From the NCBI GenBank assembly GCA_035716005.1, contig DASTKG010000143.1, forward strand, positions 490 through 64,489: 64,000 nucleotides of DNA, in the 5' to 3' direction. Shown in pieces: positions 1 to 10,370 of this stretch. How positions within the stretch are numbered: position 1 is the stretch's first letter; each line of letters begins with the position of its first letter. A program made the translations under genes and the position numbers. This DNA comes from Candidatus Eiseniibacteriota bacterium. Its GTDB lineage: Bacteria > Eisenbacteria > RBG-16-71-46 > SZUA-252. The notes below the pieces were generated by a model. The model saw nothing but the letters and a program-made list of their open reading frames with translations, did no database searches and was not told the origin of the DNA.

Positions 1-1043
1 AGGGCCGCGCGGCTCGCGCCGGAGGCGTCACGACGGCCAGGCTCCTCGAGCTGTCGCGTTCGATCGCCCGCGCTCGGGTCGTCGTCCTGGGAGACGTCGT
101 CCTCGATCTCTACTGGGTGGGGCGCTCCTCCCGACTCTCGCGCGAGGCGCCGGTCATCATCCTGGAATTCGAGGAGGAGCGCGGCGTTCCCGGAGGCGCC
201 GCGAACGCCGCGGCGAACGTCCGCTCGCTCGGCGGCCGGGCGCGTCTCGTCGGCCGGGCGGGCGGCGATCCGGCGGGGACGACCCTTCGCCGCGTGCTGA
301 AGTCGAACGGGCTCGAGGCGACCTGGATCGTGAAGGACGCCGGCATCGACACGGCCGTGAAGACGCGGGTTCTCGCCGGCTCGAGCCATGCGGCGCGCCA
401 GCAGCTCGTCCGCCTCGACCGCGGGCGGCGCCACGCGGTGGGGCCCGCGGCGGAGCGGGCGCTCGTCGCGCGGCTTCGTCGCGCGCTCGCGGGAGCCGAC
501 GCGCTCCTCCTCTCGGATTACGGCTACGGCGTGCTCGCGCCGGGCGTCCGGACGGCGGCGATCCGCCTGGCGCGGCGGCAGGGGATTCCCATCGTGGTCG
601 ATTCGCGTTGGGCCCTTCGATCGTACCGCGGCGCCACCCTCCTCACGCCGAACGAGCATGAGATCGCCGAAGCGTTTCATCTCCCCTCGCTCGATCCCTC
701 GAGACTTCGCCGGGCCGGCGAGGCGCTTCGCCGCGCCGCGGCGGCCGACGCCGTCTGGATCACCCGCGGGAGCGACGGCCTTCTCCTGGTGGAGCGCCGG
801 GGGCGCGCGCGCCACGTGCCGATCGTGGGCGGAACCGATATCGTCGACACGACCGGCGCGGGCGACGCCGTCTCCGCCGCCGCGGCGCTCGCGCTCGGCA
901 TCGGCGCCACGCAGCTCGAGGCGGCCCTTCTCGCCACGTACGCGGCGTCGGTCGTCGTGATGAAGCGCGGCACCGCCACGGTGAGCCGGGTCGAGCTCGA
1001 GGCCGCGATCCGCGCGACCGCGGTGCCGCCCGTCCGAGCGTGA
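1..1043 (+). CDS. hldA: D-glycero-beta-D-manno-heptose-7-phosphate kinase (PfkB-family carbohydrate kinase, HldE domain I); 5'-partial, continues upstream of the window
   Basis: The frame is open from base 3 and reads ...[15 protein letters not shown]..., typical of RfaE domain I. It carries the PfkB motif DTTGAGDA. The ORF track calls 117..1043, but the reading frame extends to the window edge. Confidence 0.85.
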   Translation, partial: GRAARAGGVTTARLLELSRSIARARVVVLGDVVLDLYWVGRSSRLSREAPVIILEFEEERGVPGGAANAAANVRSLGGRARLVGRAGGDPAGTTLRRVLKSNGLEATWIVKDAGIDTAVKTRVLAGSSHAARQQLVRLDRGRRHAVGPAAERALVARLRRALAGADALLLSDYGYGVLAPGVRTAAIRLARRQGIPIVVDSRWALRSYRGATLLTPNEHEIAEAFHLPSLDPSRLRRAGEALRRAAAADAVWITRGSDGLLLVERRGRARHVPIVGGTDIVDTTGAGDAVSAAAALALGIGATQLEAALLATYAASVVVMKRGTATVSRVELEAAIRATAVPPVRA

Positions 1044-1549
1044 GCCCCGCGCCGCGCATCGTCGCGCCGGCGGATCTCGCCGCGGCGCTCGACGCCGATC
1101 CCGCGCTCCGCCGCGGCCTCGTGCTCGCCAACGGCATCTTCGATCTCCTTCACGTGGGCCACGTCCGCTATCTCGAGGGCGCGCGCGCCGAGGGGGAGCG
1201 CCTGGTCGTGGCGCTCAATTCGGACGCCTCCGCGCGCCGGCTGAAGGGAGAGGGGCGCCCCGTCGTTCCCCTCGACGAACGGCTCGAGATCGTCGCGGCC
1301 CTCCGCTGCGTCGACTGGGTCACCTGGTTCGAGGAGGATCGGGTGGAGGAACTCCTGCGCCTCCTTCGTCCCGCGGTCCACGCGAAGGGAAGGGACTACA
1401 CCGTGGAGTCCGTTCCCGAGCGCGCGATGGCGGCATCGCTCGGCATACGGACCGCGATCGCGGGGGATCCGAAGAATCACGCGACGAGCGATCTCCTTCG
1501 CCGGCTTCGGAAGCCGGAGGGGGGCGAGCGCACGGGGAGCGACTCGTGA
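1040..1549 (+). CDS. hldC: D-glycero-beta-D-manno-heptose-1-phosphate adenylyltransferase (cytidylyltransferase-like, HldE domain II as a separate ORF)
   Basis: HxGH motif ([11 protein letters not shown]) and ~169 aa size. The ATG overlaps the upstream stop (ATGA). Confidence 0.85.
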   Translation: MSPAPRIVAPADLAAALDADPALRRGLVLANGIFDLLHVGHVRYLEGARAEGERLVVALNSDASARRLKGEGRPVVPLDERLEIVAALRCVDWVTWFEEDRVEELLRLLRPAVHAKGRDYTVESVPERAMAASLGIRTAIAGDPKNHATSDLLRRLRKPEGGERTGSDS

Positions 1550-2673
1550 TTCCGGAGGGGCCGGGGCGCCGGGAGGGCGAAGCCTCCGAACCGCCGCCGG
1601 TCGCGACGCCTCGGCGCATCCTCGTGTCGAGGCTCCGCCAGATCGGCGACGCGATCCTCTCGCTTCCGACGGTCGACGCGCTCCGGGCGAGATTCCCGGA
1701 CGCGGTCATCGACTACCTCGCCGAGGAGGGGCCCGCGCAGGCGGCCGTCGGGCACCCGGCGATCCACACGGTTCACGTCCTGCCGGGAAGGGGAGGGGCG
1801 ATCCTTCCGGCGCCCTGGCGCGTCCTGCGCGCGCTCCGGGACGCCAATTACGACTGGGTCATCGATCTCTACGGCAATCCCCGGAGCGCCATCCTGGCCG
1901 CCTGGACGGGGGCTCCCATTCGCGTCGGTCCGACCCGGCGCGGGCGGCGGCATCTCTACAGCCACCACATCCCGGCGGTCCGCGAGCCCCTCTCGGCCGT
2001 GGCGCACCATCTCCTCGCGCTCCATTCGCTGGGGATCGACGCGGAGGCGACCGAGCCGCGGCTCCATCTCGCCGAGGCGGAGGAGCGGGCCGGGCAGGAA
2101 CTCCTCGAGGAGCTGGAATCGAAATCGGGATTCGGCGCGGGCGATCGAGGCGCGGCGGGCGCCGCTCCCCGGATCGGGCTTCACGTGGGAAATCGCTGGA
2201 GCGCCAAGCGCTGGCCCGAAGACCGATTCGCGGCTCTTCTTCGAGTCCTTTCGAGATCGGGGCATCGCGCCGTCGTCCTGGCCGGCCCGGGCGAGGAGGC
2301 GATGGCCCGGCGCATCGCGGCCGCGGCCCCCGCGTCGAGGACGGTCGTCGTGGCGGGCCTCCCGCTTCGACGCTATTGGGGCGTGGTGGCGGCCCTCGAC
2401 GTCCTCGTGACGAACGACGGGAGCCCCCTTCACGCCGGCCCCGCGCTCGGCGTGCCGACCGTCGGGATCCTCGGCCCGACCGTTCCCGAGATCTGGTTCC
2501 CCTACAGTCCGCGCGCGGGGCATCAGCTCCTCTGCAAGGAGATCTGGTGCCGGCCCTGCCACCGCCACGAGTGCGCCCGGCTCGACTGCCTCGAGTGGAT
2601 CTCGGTGGGAGAGGCGCGGCGCGCCATCGATCGCGCGCTGGCCTGGCGAGGAGCGTCGCGTGCCAGCGCCTGA
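1546..2673 (+). CDS. glycosyltransferase family 9 (ADP-heptose:LPS heptosyltransferase, WaaC/WaaF-like)
   Basis: N-terminal [18 protein letters not shown] and C-terminal [11 protein letters not shown] motifs of GT9. The GTG start overlaps the hldC stop. Confidence 0.8.
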   Translation: MIPEGPGRREGEASEPPPVATPRRILVSRLRQIGDAILSLPTVDALRARFPDAVIDYLAEEGPAQAAVGHPAIHTVHVLPGRGGAILPAPWRVLRALRDANYDWVIDLYGNPRSAILAAWTGAPIRVGPTRRGRRHLYSHHIPAVREPLSAVAHHLLALHSLGIDAEATEPRLHLAEAEERAGQELLEELESKSGFGAGDRGAAGAAPRIGLHVGNRWSAKRWPEDRFAALLRVLSRSGHRAVVLAGPGEEAMARRIAAAAPASRTVVVAGLPLRRYWGVVAALDVLVTNDGSPLHAGPALGVPTVGILGPTVPEIWFPYSPRAGHQLLCKEIWCRPCHRHECARLDCLEWISVGEARRAIDRALAWRGASRASA

Positions 2674-3757
2674 GCGGATCCTCGTGATCCGCCACCGGGC
2701 GGCGGGCGATCTCCTCCTGACGACGCCGGCGCTCCACGCTCTCCGAGGGGGCCGCCCGAACGCGCACATCGACGTCCTCGCGGCGCGCGGCATGGAGGAG
2801 CTGCTGGCGGGGAATCGCGACGTCGACCGCGTCCTCACCGTCGACCGGCGCTCCGCCCGTTCCCAGGCGCTCCTCTACGCCCGGCTCGCGTGCGGCGGCT
2901 ACGACACGGCGATCGATCTCGTCTCGAATCCCCGGAGCGCGATCATGACCGCGCTGACGCGGGCGCGCGTGCGGGCCGGCTACGACATTCCGGGGCGCTC
3001 GTGGGCCTACACGCTTCGCGTGCCGCGCGAGCCGCTCGATTCGAGCGGGACGCCGAGGCTCCGCTACGCGCCGGAGGCGGCGCTCGACGTGGTGCGGGCG
3101 CTCGGAATTCCGATGGCGGGAGACGGCGCACCCGAGCGGGACGCGCTCCACTTCAGGACGACGGAGGCGGCCCGCGGCGCCGTCGACCGCTGGCTCGATT
3201 CGGTCGCGGCGGAGCGCGGCGGGAAGCCGCTCGCGGCGTGCCTTCCGACCGGATCGTGGCCCGCGAAGACGTGGCTTCCCGAACGCTTCGCCGAGGTGAT
3301 GGAGTCGCTCGCCGCCGACGCGATGCCGGTCTGGATCTGGGGGCCCGGCGAGCGGAGCGAGGTCGAGGCGATCCGCGCGCGCATGACGTCGCCCTCGCTG
3401 ATCGCCCCGCCGACGGGCTGGCAGGAGCTCGGCGCGCTCCTCGAGCGCTGCGCGCTGCTCGTCTGCAACGACTCGGGGCCGAAGCACGTGGCCGTGGCGC
3501 TGGGGACGCCGACCGTGACGCTCTTCGGCCCCACTCATCCGAAAACGTGGCATCCTCCGCGGGGACCCCACGTCGCGATCGAGGCGGAGGGGCTCGACTG
3601 CCTTCACTGCAACGCCAACGAATGCCCGCTCCCCGGCGACCGGCGCATGCGCTGCATGCGCGACGTGTCGGCGGAGCGCGTGGCCGAGGCGGCGCGGGCG
3701 CTGCTGCGGGATCGGGCGGCGCCCGGGGGAAAGGAGCCCGCGTGCGCGAACCGCTGA
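2660..3757 (+). CDS. glycosyltransferase family 9 (second LPS heptosyltransferase)
   Basis: RILVIRHRAAGDLLLTTP...VCNDSGPKHVA, a paralogue of the preceding GT9. Its GTG start overlaps the upstream gene by 14 nt. Confidence 0.8.
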   Translation: MPAPERILVIRHRAAGDLLLTTPALHALRGGRPNAHIDVLAARGMEELLAGNRDVDRVLTVDRRSARSQALLYARLACGGYDTAIDLVSNPRSAIMTALTRARVRAGYDIPGRSWAYTLRVPREPLDSSGTPRLRYAPEAALDVVRALGIPMAGDGAPERDALHFRTTEAARGAVDRWLDSVAAERGGKPLAACLPTGSWPAKTWLPERFAEVMESLAADAMPVWIWGPGERSEVEAIRARMTSPSLIAPPTGWQELGALLERCALLVCNDSGPKHVAVALGTPTVTLFGPTHPKTWHPPRGPHVAIEAEGLDCLHCNANECPLPGDRRMRCMRDVSAERVAEAARALLRDRAAPGGKEPACANR

Positions 3758-4548
3758 GCGTTCTCATCCCGACGAAGAACGAGGCCGGAAACGTGGCCGA
3801 CTGCATCGCGTCGGCCCGATGGGCCGAGGAGGTCGTCGTCGTCGACTCCGGCAGCACCGACGGGACTCTCGAGATCGCGCGCGCCGCGGCCGACCGCGTG
3901 CTGGAGCACGAGTACGTCAACTCGGCGGCGCAGAAGAACTGGGCCCTGCCGCAGCTCGCGCACCGCTGGGTCCTGATCGTCGACGCCGACGAGCGGGTGA
4001 CGCCCGCGCTCCGCGCGGAGATCGAGGGCGTCCTGGCCGACCCGGCCCGCGCCGACGGCTACTGGATCCGCCGCGACAACCGCTTCATCGGGAAGCGCAT
4101 TCGCGGCGCCGGCTGGCAGCGCGACAAGGTCCTGCGGCTCTTCGACCGCACGAAGGGCGCCTATCGGCCCCTCCACGTCCACGCCGAGGTGGAGGTGGCG
4201 GGGCGCGTCGGCTTCCTGCGCGAGCGGCTGGAGCACGACACCTACCGCGACCTCGATCAATACTTCGAGAAGTTCCTCCGCTACACGCGCTGGTCGGCCG
4301 CCGATCTGAAGGCGAGGGGCGTGCGCGCCTCGGGGTCCCGGCTCTTCTTCCGCCCCCTCGGCCGCTTTCTCCGCCAGTACGTCCTCGAGGGGGGATTCCG
4401 GTACGGGCGGCACGGCCTCGTCCTCTGCATGCTCGCGGCCTTCTCGGTCTTCACGAAATACGCGAGACGCTGGGAGGACGAGGTCGGCGCGCGCCCGGTT
4501 CGATCGGCCCCTCCCACTCCGCCCGCGCCCCCGGCCCCGACGTCGTGA
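3742..4548 (+). CDS. glycosyltransferase family 2 (LPS core beta-glycosyltransferase, WaaE/KdtX-like)
   Basis: LSVLIPTKNEAGN...VVVDSGSTDGT DxD-type motif. A GTG at 3742 is preceded by AAGGAG at 3731-3736. The N-terminal 280 codons of track ORF 2890..4548 are out-of-gene read-through. Confidence 0.8.
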   Translation: MREPLSVLIPTKNEAGNVADCIASARWAEEVVVVDSGSTDGTLEIARAAADRVLEHEYVNSAAQKNWALPQLAHRWVLIVDADERVTPALRAEIEGVLADPARADGYWIRRDNRFIGKRIRGAGWQRDKVLRLFDRTKGAYRPLHVHAEVEVAGRVGFLRERLEHDTYRDLDQYFEKFLRYTRWSAADLKARGVRASGSRLFFRPLGRFLRQYVLEGGFRYGRHGLVLCMLAAFSVFTKYARRWEDEVGARPVRSAPPTPPAPPAPTS

Positions 4549-5681
4549 AGGTCGCGTTCTTCGGCGGATACGATCCCGCCTATCCGCGGCTCCGCGTCTT
4601 CCGCGAAGGACTCGAGGCCCGCGGCGTCGGCGTGACGGATCTCTACGCCTCGGCGCGCGCGGCCCCCTGGACGCGCGCGGCCACCCTGGTCGGCGCCTGG
4701 ATCGCGCGCGGCGCCGGGATCGACGCCATCGTGGTGCCCGCGTTCGGCCATCGAGACGTCGCGCTCGCCGCGCTCCTCGGCCGGCTGGCCGGAATTCCGG
4801 TCCTCTTCGATCCGCTCGTCTCGCGGTGGGATACGCAGGTCGGAGACCTCGGGCGCGTCCGCGCGGGAAGTCTCACCGCCGCTCGCCTTCGCTGGAGCGA
4901 CCGACTGTCGATGCGGCTCGCCGACGCGGTGGTCTGCGACACCTGGGAGCACGCCGACTTCTTCGGGGCCGCCTTCGGCGTTCCCCGCCGGAAACTCTCG
5001 CGGGTGCCGGTCGGCGCCGATCGCGCCACGTTCGAGCGCGGCGCGCGTCGCGCGCGGCGGGAGCCGGAGCGAGGCTCGCCCGGCGCCGCGGCGGCGCCGC
5101 TCGACCTCGTCTACGTCGGCGGCTTCCTGCCGCTCCACGGCGTGCCCGCGATCGTCGACGCGGCCGCGCGACTCGAGGCGCGCCACGGCGCGGGCTTCGC
5201 GCGTTTCACCTTCATCGGCGCCGGCATGCTGGCGCACGCGGCCGCGCGCGACGTCGCGTCGCTCGGGCTTCGCGGCGTGCGATTCCTCGGACGCCTGCCG
5301 TACGAGGAAGCGATCGAGCGGCTCGCCGACGCCGATATCGCCCTCGGCATCTTCGGCGTCACGGAGAAGGCCGGTCGCGTCGTGCCGCACAAGGTCTTTC
5401 AGGCCCTGGCGCTCGGCGTTCCGACGGTCACGCGGCGCTCCGCGGCGATCGCCGAGTTCTTCCGCGACGGCGACCACGTGGCGCTCGTCCCCGCGGGAGA
5501 CGGCGCCGCGCTCGCCGCCGCGATCGAATCGCTCGCGGCCGATCCCGCGCGCCGCGCCCGCATGGGGCGGGCCGGGCGCGAGGCGGCCCTCGAGGCGGGG
5601 GAGCCGTCGCGCGTCGGGGCTCTCCTCCTCGAGGCGGTGGCCCGCGCGCGCGACGCCACGGCTCCCCGCGCGGCCCGGTGA
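4545..5681 (+). CDS. glycosyltransferase family 4 (GT-B, group 1)
   Basis: The C-terminal half has GT1/GT4 features (VYVGGFLPLHGV...VPHKVFQALALGVPTV). GTG at 4545 overlaps the GT2 stop (GTGA). The start is uncertain. Confidence 0.7.
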   Translation: MKVAFFGGYDPAYPRLRVFREGLEARGVGVTDLYASARAAPWTRAATLVGAWIARGAGIDAIVVPAFGHRDVALAALLGRLAGIPVLFDPLVSRWDTQVGDLGRVRAGSLTAARLRWSDRLSMRLADAVVCDTWEHADFFGAAFGVPRRKLSRVPVGADRATFERGARRARREPERGSPGAAAAPLDLVYVGGFLPLHGVPAIVDAAARLEARHGAGFARFTFIGAGMLAHAAARDVASLGLRGVRFLGRLPYEEAIERLADADIALGIFGVTEKAGRVVPHKVFQALALGVPTVTRRSAAIAEFFRDGDHVALVPAGDGAALAAAIESLAADPARRARMGRAGREAALEAGEPSRVGALLLEAVARARDATAPRAAR

Positions 5682-5685
5682 CCCG

Positions 5686-6864
5686 ATGACCCGATCGCAC
5701 GACGAGCCGGTGACGAAGGCGCTCCGGATCCTCCACGTCGACTCGGAGCGGACGTGGCGAGGGGGCGAACGCCAGGTGCTCGAGCTCATGCGCCGCCAGC
5801 GCCGCGCGGGGGACGATCCGCATCTCGCCGCGCCGCGCGACGGGGTCCTCTTCGAGCGCGCGCGGAGCGAAGGCTTCTCCGTCCATCCGGTGCCGATGCG
5901 GGGGACCTGGGACGTCGCGTCGGCGTTCGCCATCGCGGGCCTCCATCGACGGCTCCGTCCCCACCTCGTCCACTGGCACGCCGCGCGCGCGCACGCTCTC
6001 GGCGCCGTCGCCGCGCTCCTCGCGCCGGGGCCCGCCCGCGTGTTGTCGCGCCGCGTCGATTTTCCGGTCCGCCGTTCTCTCGGGAGCCGGCTCCTCTGGG
6101 CCCTCCCGCTGGAGGCGGTCGCGGCCATCTCCGAGGGCGTGAGGGAGGCGCTGGCTCGCAGCGGCGTCGATCCGTCGCGGGTCCGCGTCGTGCCGAGCGG
6201 CATCGACCTCTCGCCCTACGAAACCTCCCCGACGGAAGAGGAGCGCGGGGCGCTCCGCGCGACGCTCGGAATCGCGCCCGGCGAGACCATCGCGCTTCAA
6301 GCGGCGGCGCTCGCGCCGCACAAGTCGCAGACCGATCTCCTGAAGGCCGCGTCCATCGCGCGCGAGCGCGCGCCCCGGCTTCGCGTCTGGATCGCGGGGG
6401 AGGGGCCCCTCCGAGCCGCGCTCGAGGCCGAGCACGCCGCCCTGGGGCTCGGAACCACCGTCCGCCTTCTAGGGTTTCGCGAGGACGTGGGGAAGCTCTT
6501 GGCGGCGGCCGATTTCTTCGTCGTCTCGTCCTATCTGGAAGGAATGGGGACCGCCACGCTCGACGCGATGGCGGCGGGTCTCCCCGTCGTGGCGACCCGA
6601 ACCGGGGGAATCCCCGAGATCGTGGCGGACGGCGAGACCGGAATCCTCGTTCCCGCTCGAGATCCGAAAGCCCTTGCCGATGCGATGGTTCGGGTCACGG
6701 GCGACCCGGCGCTCCGGGGGCGGCTCGGGGCCGCCGGCAGGGAGCGGGCAAGGCTCTTCTCCGCCGACCGAACCGCCGAGGGGACGAGGCGCGTCTACGA
6801 GGAAGCGCTCGCCGCGCGGGGCCACGCCCGGCCCCGGCGGGAGCGGGTCGCCGGCTCGCCTTGA
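5686..6864 (+). CDS. glycosyltransferase family 4 (group 1)
   Basis: EGMGTATLDAMAAGLPVVATRTGGIPEIV is the EX7E-type GT4 signature. Confidence 0.8.
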   Translation: MTRSHDEPVTKALRILHVDSERTWRGGERQVLELMRRQRRAGDDPHLAAPRDGVLFERARSEGFSVHPVPMRGTWDVASAFAIAGLHRRLRPHLVHWHAARAHALGAVAALLAPGPARVLSRRVDFPVRRSLGSRLLWALPLEAVAAISEGVREALARSGVDPSRVRVVPSGIDLSPYETSPTEEERGALRATLGIAPGETIALQAAALAPHKSQTDLLKAASIARERAPRLRVWIAGEGPLRAALEAEHAALGLGTTVRLLGFREDVGKLLAAADFFVVSSYLEGMGTATLDAMAAGLPVVATRTGGIPEIVADGETGILVPARDPKALADAMVRVTGDPALRGRLGAAGRERARLFSADRTAEGTRRVYEEALAARGHARPRRERVAGSP

Positions 6865-6935
6865 ACTCGTTCTATCAACGTGTTAGAGTGTTTGTGCCGT
6901 TCTCGGCCCAACCCTTCGACTCCTGAGGACACCCC

Positions 6936-8318
6936 ATGTCCAACATCGCTTCCGTCGTCCTCTACGGCGCGCTCATCCTCGGCGTCCTCGTCTTCGTCCA
7001 CGAACTCGGCCATTTCCTGGCGGCCAAGTGGCTCGGCGTCCGGGTCATCTCCTTCTCGATCGGAATGGGTCCCCGCGTCTTCGGCTTCACCCGCGGCGGA
7101 ACCGACTACCGCATCTCGCTCCTCCCGCTCGGCGGCTACGTCCGGATGGCGGGCGACACGACGGAGGGGGAAGAGCGGGTGGGATCCCCCGACGAATTCC
7201 TGGAGAAAGCCTGGTGGGCCCGCGCCCTCATCAGCGTGGCCGGCCCCGCGGCGAATTTCGTCTTCGCCCTCTTCGTCTACATGGCCCTCTACCTCGGCGG
7301 AATCACCACCACCGACTACACCGCCCACGTCGGCGGCGTGAAGCCGGGCTCGGAGGCCGAGAAGGCCGGGCTCAGGGGCGGCGATTTCTTCGTCTCCTGG
7401 GACGGCCAGCCGGCCGCCACGATGGCGACGCTCTCGGCCGCGCTCGACCGCATGGCGGAGTCGAAGGAGACGTCGGCTCCGGTCGCCGTCACGGTGGAAC
7501 GCGAGGGGAGTCAGATCTCGCTCCAGGTTCCGCGCGCCGCGGCGCTCCAGGTGACCGAGGGAATCGAGTGGGGAACCGAGACCGAGATCGGCCGGGTCCT
7601 CATCGGGCTTCCCGCCTATTCGGCCGGTCTCTTGGAAGGCGATCGCGTGAAGCGCGTCGACGGCGTCGCGGTGACGACGTGGAACGAGCTGGCGCGGGCG
7701 CTTCGCTCGAAGCCGGGCGCGCTCGTGACTCTCGACGTGAAGCGGGGCGACCGCGACTTCGCGGTCCAGGTGAAGACGACGCCCGAGGGGCAGATCGGCG
7801 TTTCGCCGCCGGAGCTCCTGACCTACCACCAGACGTTTCCGCCGCTCCGCGCCATCCAGCTCGGCGTCCTGCAAACCGTGGGGACGGTCGGGCAGATCTA
7901 CGCCGGGCTCTGGAGCCTCGTCTCCGATCCGGGCCGAATCGGCGACAGCGTCGCCGGTCCGATCGCCATTTCGCAGGTGGCGCGGCAGACGGCGGCGAGC
8001 GGGATCCACGAGCTGATCCGGTTCGGCGCCTTCATCAGCCTGGCCCTCATGGCGATGAATCTCCTGCCGATCCCGATTCTCGACGGAGGACACATCCTCT
8101 TCTCGCTCATCGAAGGAATCCGGCGCCGCCCGCTCTCGGAGCGGACGCAGCTCGCGTTCCAGCGCGTCGGGCTCTTCCTGCTCGTGTCGCTCGTCGTCTT
8201 CTCCTTCTACAACGATCTGAACCGGGTGAACCAGCGGAAGCGCGCCGAGGCGGAAATCTCGAAGCGGCTTTCGGGGTCGGCGCCCGCCGACACGGCCGCG
8301 TCGCCCGGCCACCCCTGA
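6936..8318 (+). CDS. rseP: RIP zinc metalloprotease RseP (site-2 protease, M50 family, PDZ domains)
   Basis: HELGHF (HExxH) in the first transmembrane segment, tandem PDZ-like region and a C-terminal LDGG motif. Confidence 0.9.
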   Translation: MSNIASVVLYGALILGVLVFVHELGHFLAAKWLGVRVISFSIGMGPRVFGFTRGGTDYRISLLPLGGYVRMAGDTTEGEERVGSPDEFLEKAWWARALISVAGPAANFVFALFVYMALYLGGITTTDYTAHVGGVKPGSEAEKAGLRGGDFFVSWDGQPAATMATLSAALDRMAESKETSAPVAVTVEREGSQISLQVPRAAALQVTEGIEWGTETEIGRVLIGLPAYSAGLLEGDRVKRVDGVAVTTWNELARALRSKPGALVTLDVKRGDRDFAVQVKTTPEGQIGVSPPELLTYHQTFPPLRAIQLGVLQTVGTVGQIYAGLWSLVSDPGRIGDSVAGPIAISQVARQTAASGIHELIRFGAFISLALMAMNLLPIPILDGGHILFSLIEGIRRRPLSERTQLAFQRVGLFLLVSLVVFSFYNDLNRVNQRKRAEAEISKRLSGSAPADTAASPGHP

Positions 8319-8328
8319 CGCGAGCCCA

Positions 8329-10368
8329 TTGAGGCGGCCGGCCCGCAACGCCCGGAGCGCGAGTCGAATCGCGCGTGCCGCGCGCGCGGCGCGCCCCGCC
8401 CTCCTCGCGCTCGTCGCCTTCGCCCTCCTCGGCCCGGCGCGGGCGGCGGCCCAGCTCGAGTTCGAGGGCACCGACGAGCCGACGGTGCGACGGGTCGAGA
8501 TCGAGGGGAACCAGGCCTACTCCGACGGGACGCTCAAGTCGATCATCCGCACCCGCGCCACCTCGTTCTTTCACCCCTGGCGGTCGGCGCCGCTCCGCTC
8601 CGACTTCCTCCGGTTCGACCGCATCGCGCTCCGCGACTTCTACCGCCGTCACGGATACCTCGGCGCCGACGTGGAGAGCATCGCCGTCTCCCGGCACGGC
8701 GAGGAGGACGTCGACGTGCGCTTCCTCCTCGACGAGGGGCCGCGCGCGCGCGTGCAGTCGATCGACTTCGACGGCACCACGCCGGGCGACGAGGAGGCCA
8801 TCCGCGCGGTCATTCCGCTCGAAGCGGGGGGATTCTTCGACTTTCCCTCCGTCCAGCTGAGCCACGCCGCCATCGACAGTTTCTACGCGGAGCGGGGGCA
8901 CGTCATCGCGTCGATCCGCGATTCCATGCAGGTCGTGGGCCCCGACGTTCGCGTCGGTTTCAGGATCGTGCCGGGCCCCGCGGCGCGCCTGCGACGGATC
9001 GTGGTGGAGGGAACGTCGGCGACGAAGCCGGGCTTCGTCTCGCGGGAGGTGACGATCCGTCCGGGGGAGGTGCTGGCGCGCTCGCAGCTTCTCCGGAGCC
9101 AGCAGCGGATCTACGACTCCGGGCTCTACGGAGACGTCCAGTTCTCGACGGGGGAGATCGACTCGGTCACCAACGAGACGGACCTCATCGTGAGCGTGCG
9201 GGAACGGTCTCTCGGCTGGATCGACGCCGGGATCGGGTACGGCACGATCGATCAGGCGCGCTTGACGGCGCAAATGGGGCAGCGGAACCTCTTCCGCGAG
9301 AACGTCCGCTTCCTCGCGACGGCCCGCTTCGGCGTCCGCGCGAAGACGAAGCCCCAGTTCCCCTACATCAGCGACCTCTTCCTCGGCGAGCGCCATGCCG
9401 ACGCGGCCCTCACTCGGGACTGGCTCTTCGGCTACCGCGTCCAGGGAACGATCGGCGTCTTCGGCGAGGAGGTGCCTCCCTTTCTCACCGAGACGAAGAT
9501 TCCGCTTCGTTCGGTGGGGGCGAGCGCCGGCCTGCGCTACGCGTGGAATCGGTGGACGAGCGCCAACCTCGGGTTCGAGACGCGCTATGTCGATTCCGAC
9601 AGCGCCAGCGTGAAGGATCAGGTCGGCACGCCGCTGAACAGCTACACGAGGAACAGTATCGCGGCGACGATCGCCCGCGACACGCGCGTCAATCTGTTCG
9701 ACCCGAGGACGGGAACCGTGGCGGCGGCAAGCACGGAGCTCGTCGGCGGAGTCCTTCGCGGGAACTCCCGCTACCTGAAATTCACCGGCACGGCCACCAA
9801 CTACCGGCCCCTGTCGCGGCGGCTGACCTTCGCCATCCGGGGGAGCGCGGGGACTCTCGCCGGCCGGGGGCAGGGACCCGCCGCGGGGCTCGAGGACTCC
9901 ATCTCCGCCCTCGACCTGATCCCCGAGGAGGACCGCTTCCGAACCGGCGGCGCCACGACGGTCCGCGGCTACCAGGAGGACGAGATCGGCACCCAGATCG
10001 TCTTCGGCACCGACTCCACGGGCGCGGTCACGAGAACGACCGTTCGGCGGGGCGGCGCGTATCTCCTGCAGGGAAACGCGGAAGTGCGGGCGCGGCTCAT
10101 CGGTTTCCTGGGGGCCGCCGCGTTCGTCGACGCGGGAGGCGTCTGGGAGCACGCCTCCGACATTACGTGGAGCCGGGTCTTCTCATTCTCGGACGGAGCG
10201 GGGTATAACGACATGAGGTGGACGGCCGGGCTGGGCGTGCGAATCGCAACGCCCGTCGGGCCGGTTCGCCTCGATTACGGTTGGAAGATGCGGCTCGCGC
10301 GCGGCGATCAGCCCGACGCGGTGACGGGGCGCGGCAGTTTCCACTTCAGCCTGGGGCAGGCGTACTGA
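8329..10368 (+). CDS. bamA: outer membrane protein assembly factor BamA (Omp85 family, POTRA repeats plus beta-barrel)
   Basis: Signal peptide, POTRA-like repeats and a C-terminal barrel ending ...FHFSLGQAY. It sits immediately downstream of rseP. The TTG start is as called by the track and is uncertain. Confidence 0.85.
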   Translation: MRRPARNARSASRIARAARAARPALLALVAFALLGPARAAAQLEFEGTDEPTVRRVEIEGNQAYSDGTLKSIIRTRATSFFHPWRSAPLRSDFLRFDRIALRDFYRRHGYLGADVESIAVSRHGEEDVDVRFLLDEGPRARVQSIDFDGTTPGDEEAIRAVIPLEAGGFFDFPSVQLSHAAIDSFYAERGHVIASIRDSMQVVGPDVRVGFRIVPGPAARLRRIVVEGTSATKPGFVSREVTIRPGEVLARSQLLRSQQRIYDSGLYGDVQFSTGEIDSVTNETDLIVSVRERSLGWIDAGIGYGTIDQARLTAQMGQRNLFRENVRFLATARFGVRAKTKPQFPYISDLFLGERHADAALTRDWLFGYRVQGTIGVFGEEVPPFLTETKIPLRSVGASAGLRYAWNRWTSANLGFETRYVDSDSASVKDQVGTPLNSYTRNSIAATIARDTRVNLFDPRTGTVAAASTELVGGVLRGNSRYLKFTGTATNYRPLSRRLTFAIRGSAGTLAGRGQGPAAGLEDSISALDLIPEEDRFRTGGATTVRGYQEDEIGTQIVFGTDSTGAVTRTTVRRGGAYLLQGNAEVRARLIGFLGAAAFVDAGGVWEHASDITWSRVFSFSDGAGYNDMRWTAGLGVRIATPVGPVRLDYGWKMRLARGDQPDAVTGRGSFHFSLGQAY

Positions 10369-10370
10369 TC

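Noticed and set aside
2890-3741. N-terminal 280 codons of track ORF 2890..4548
   Set aside because: This stretch is out-of-frame read-through across the second GT9 gene. The real GT2 gene begins at GTG 3742, preceded by AAGGAG.
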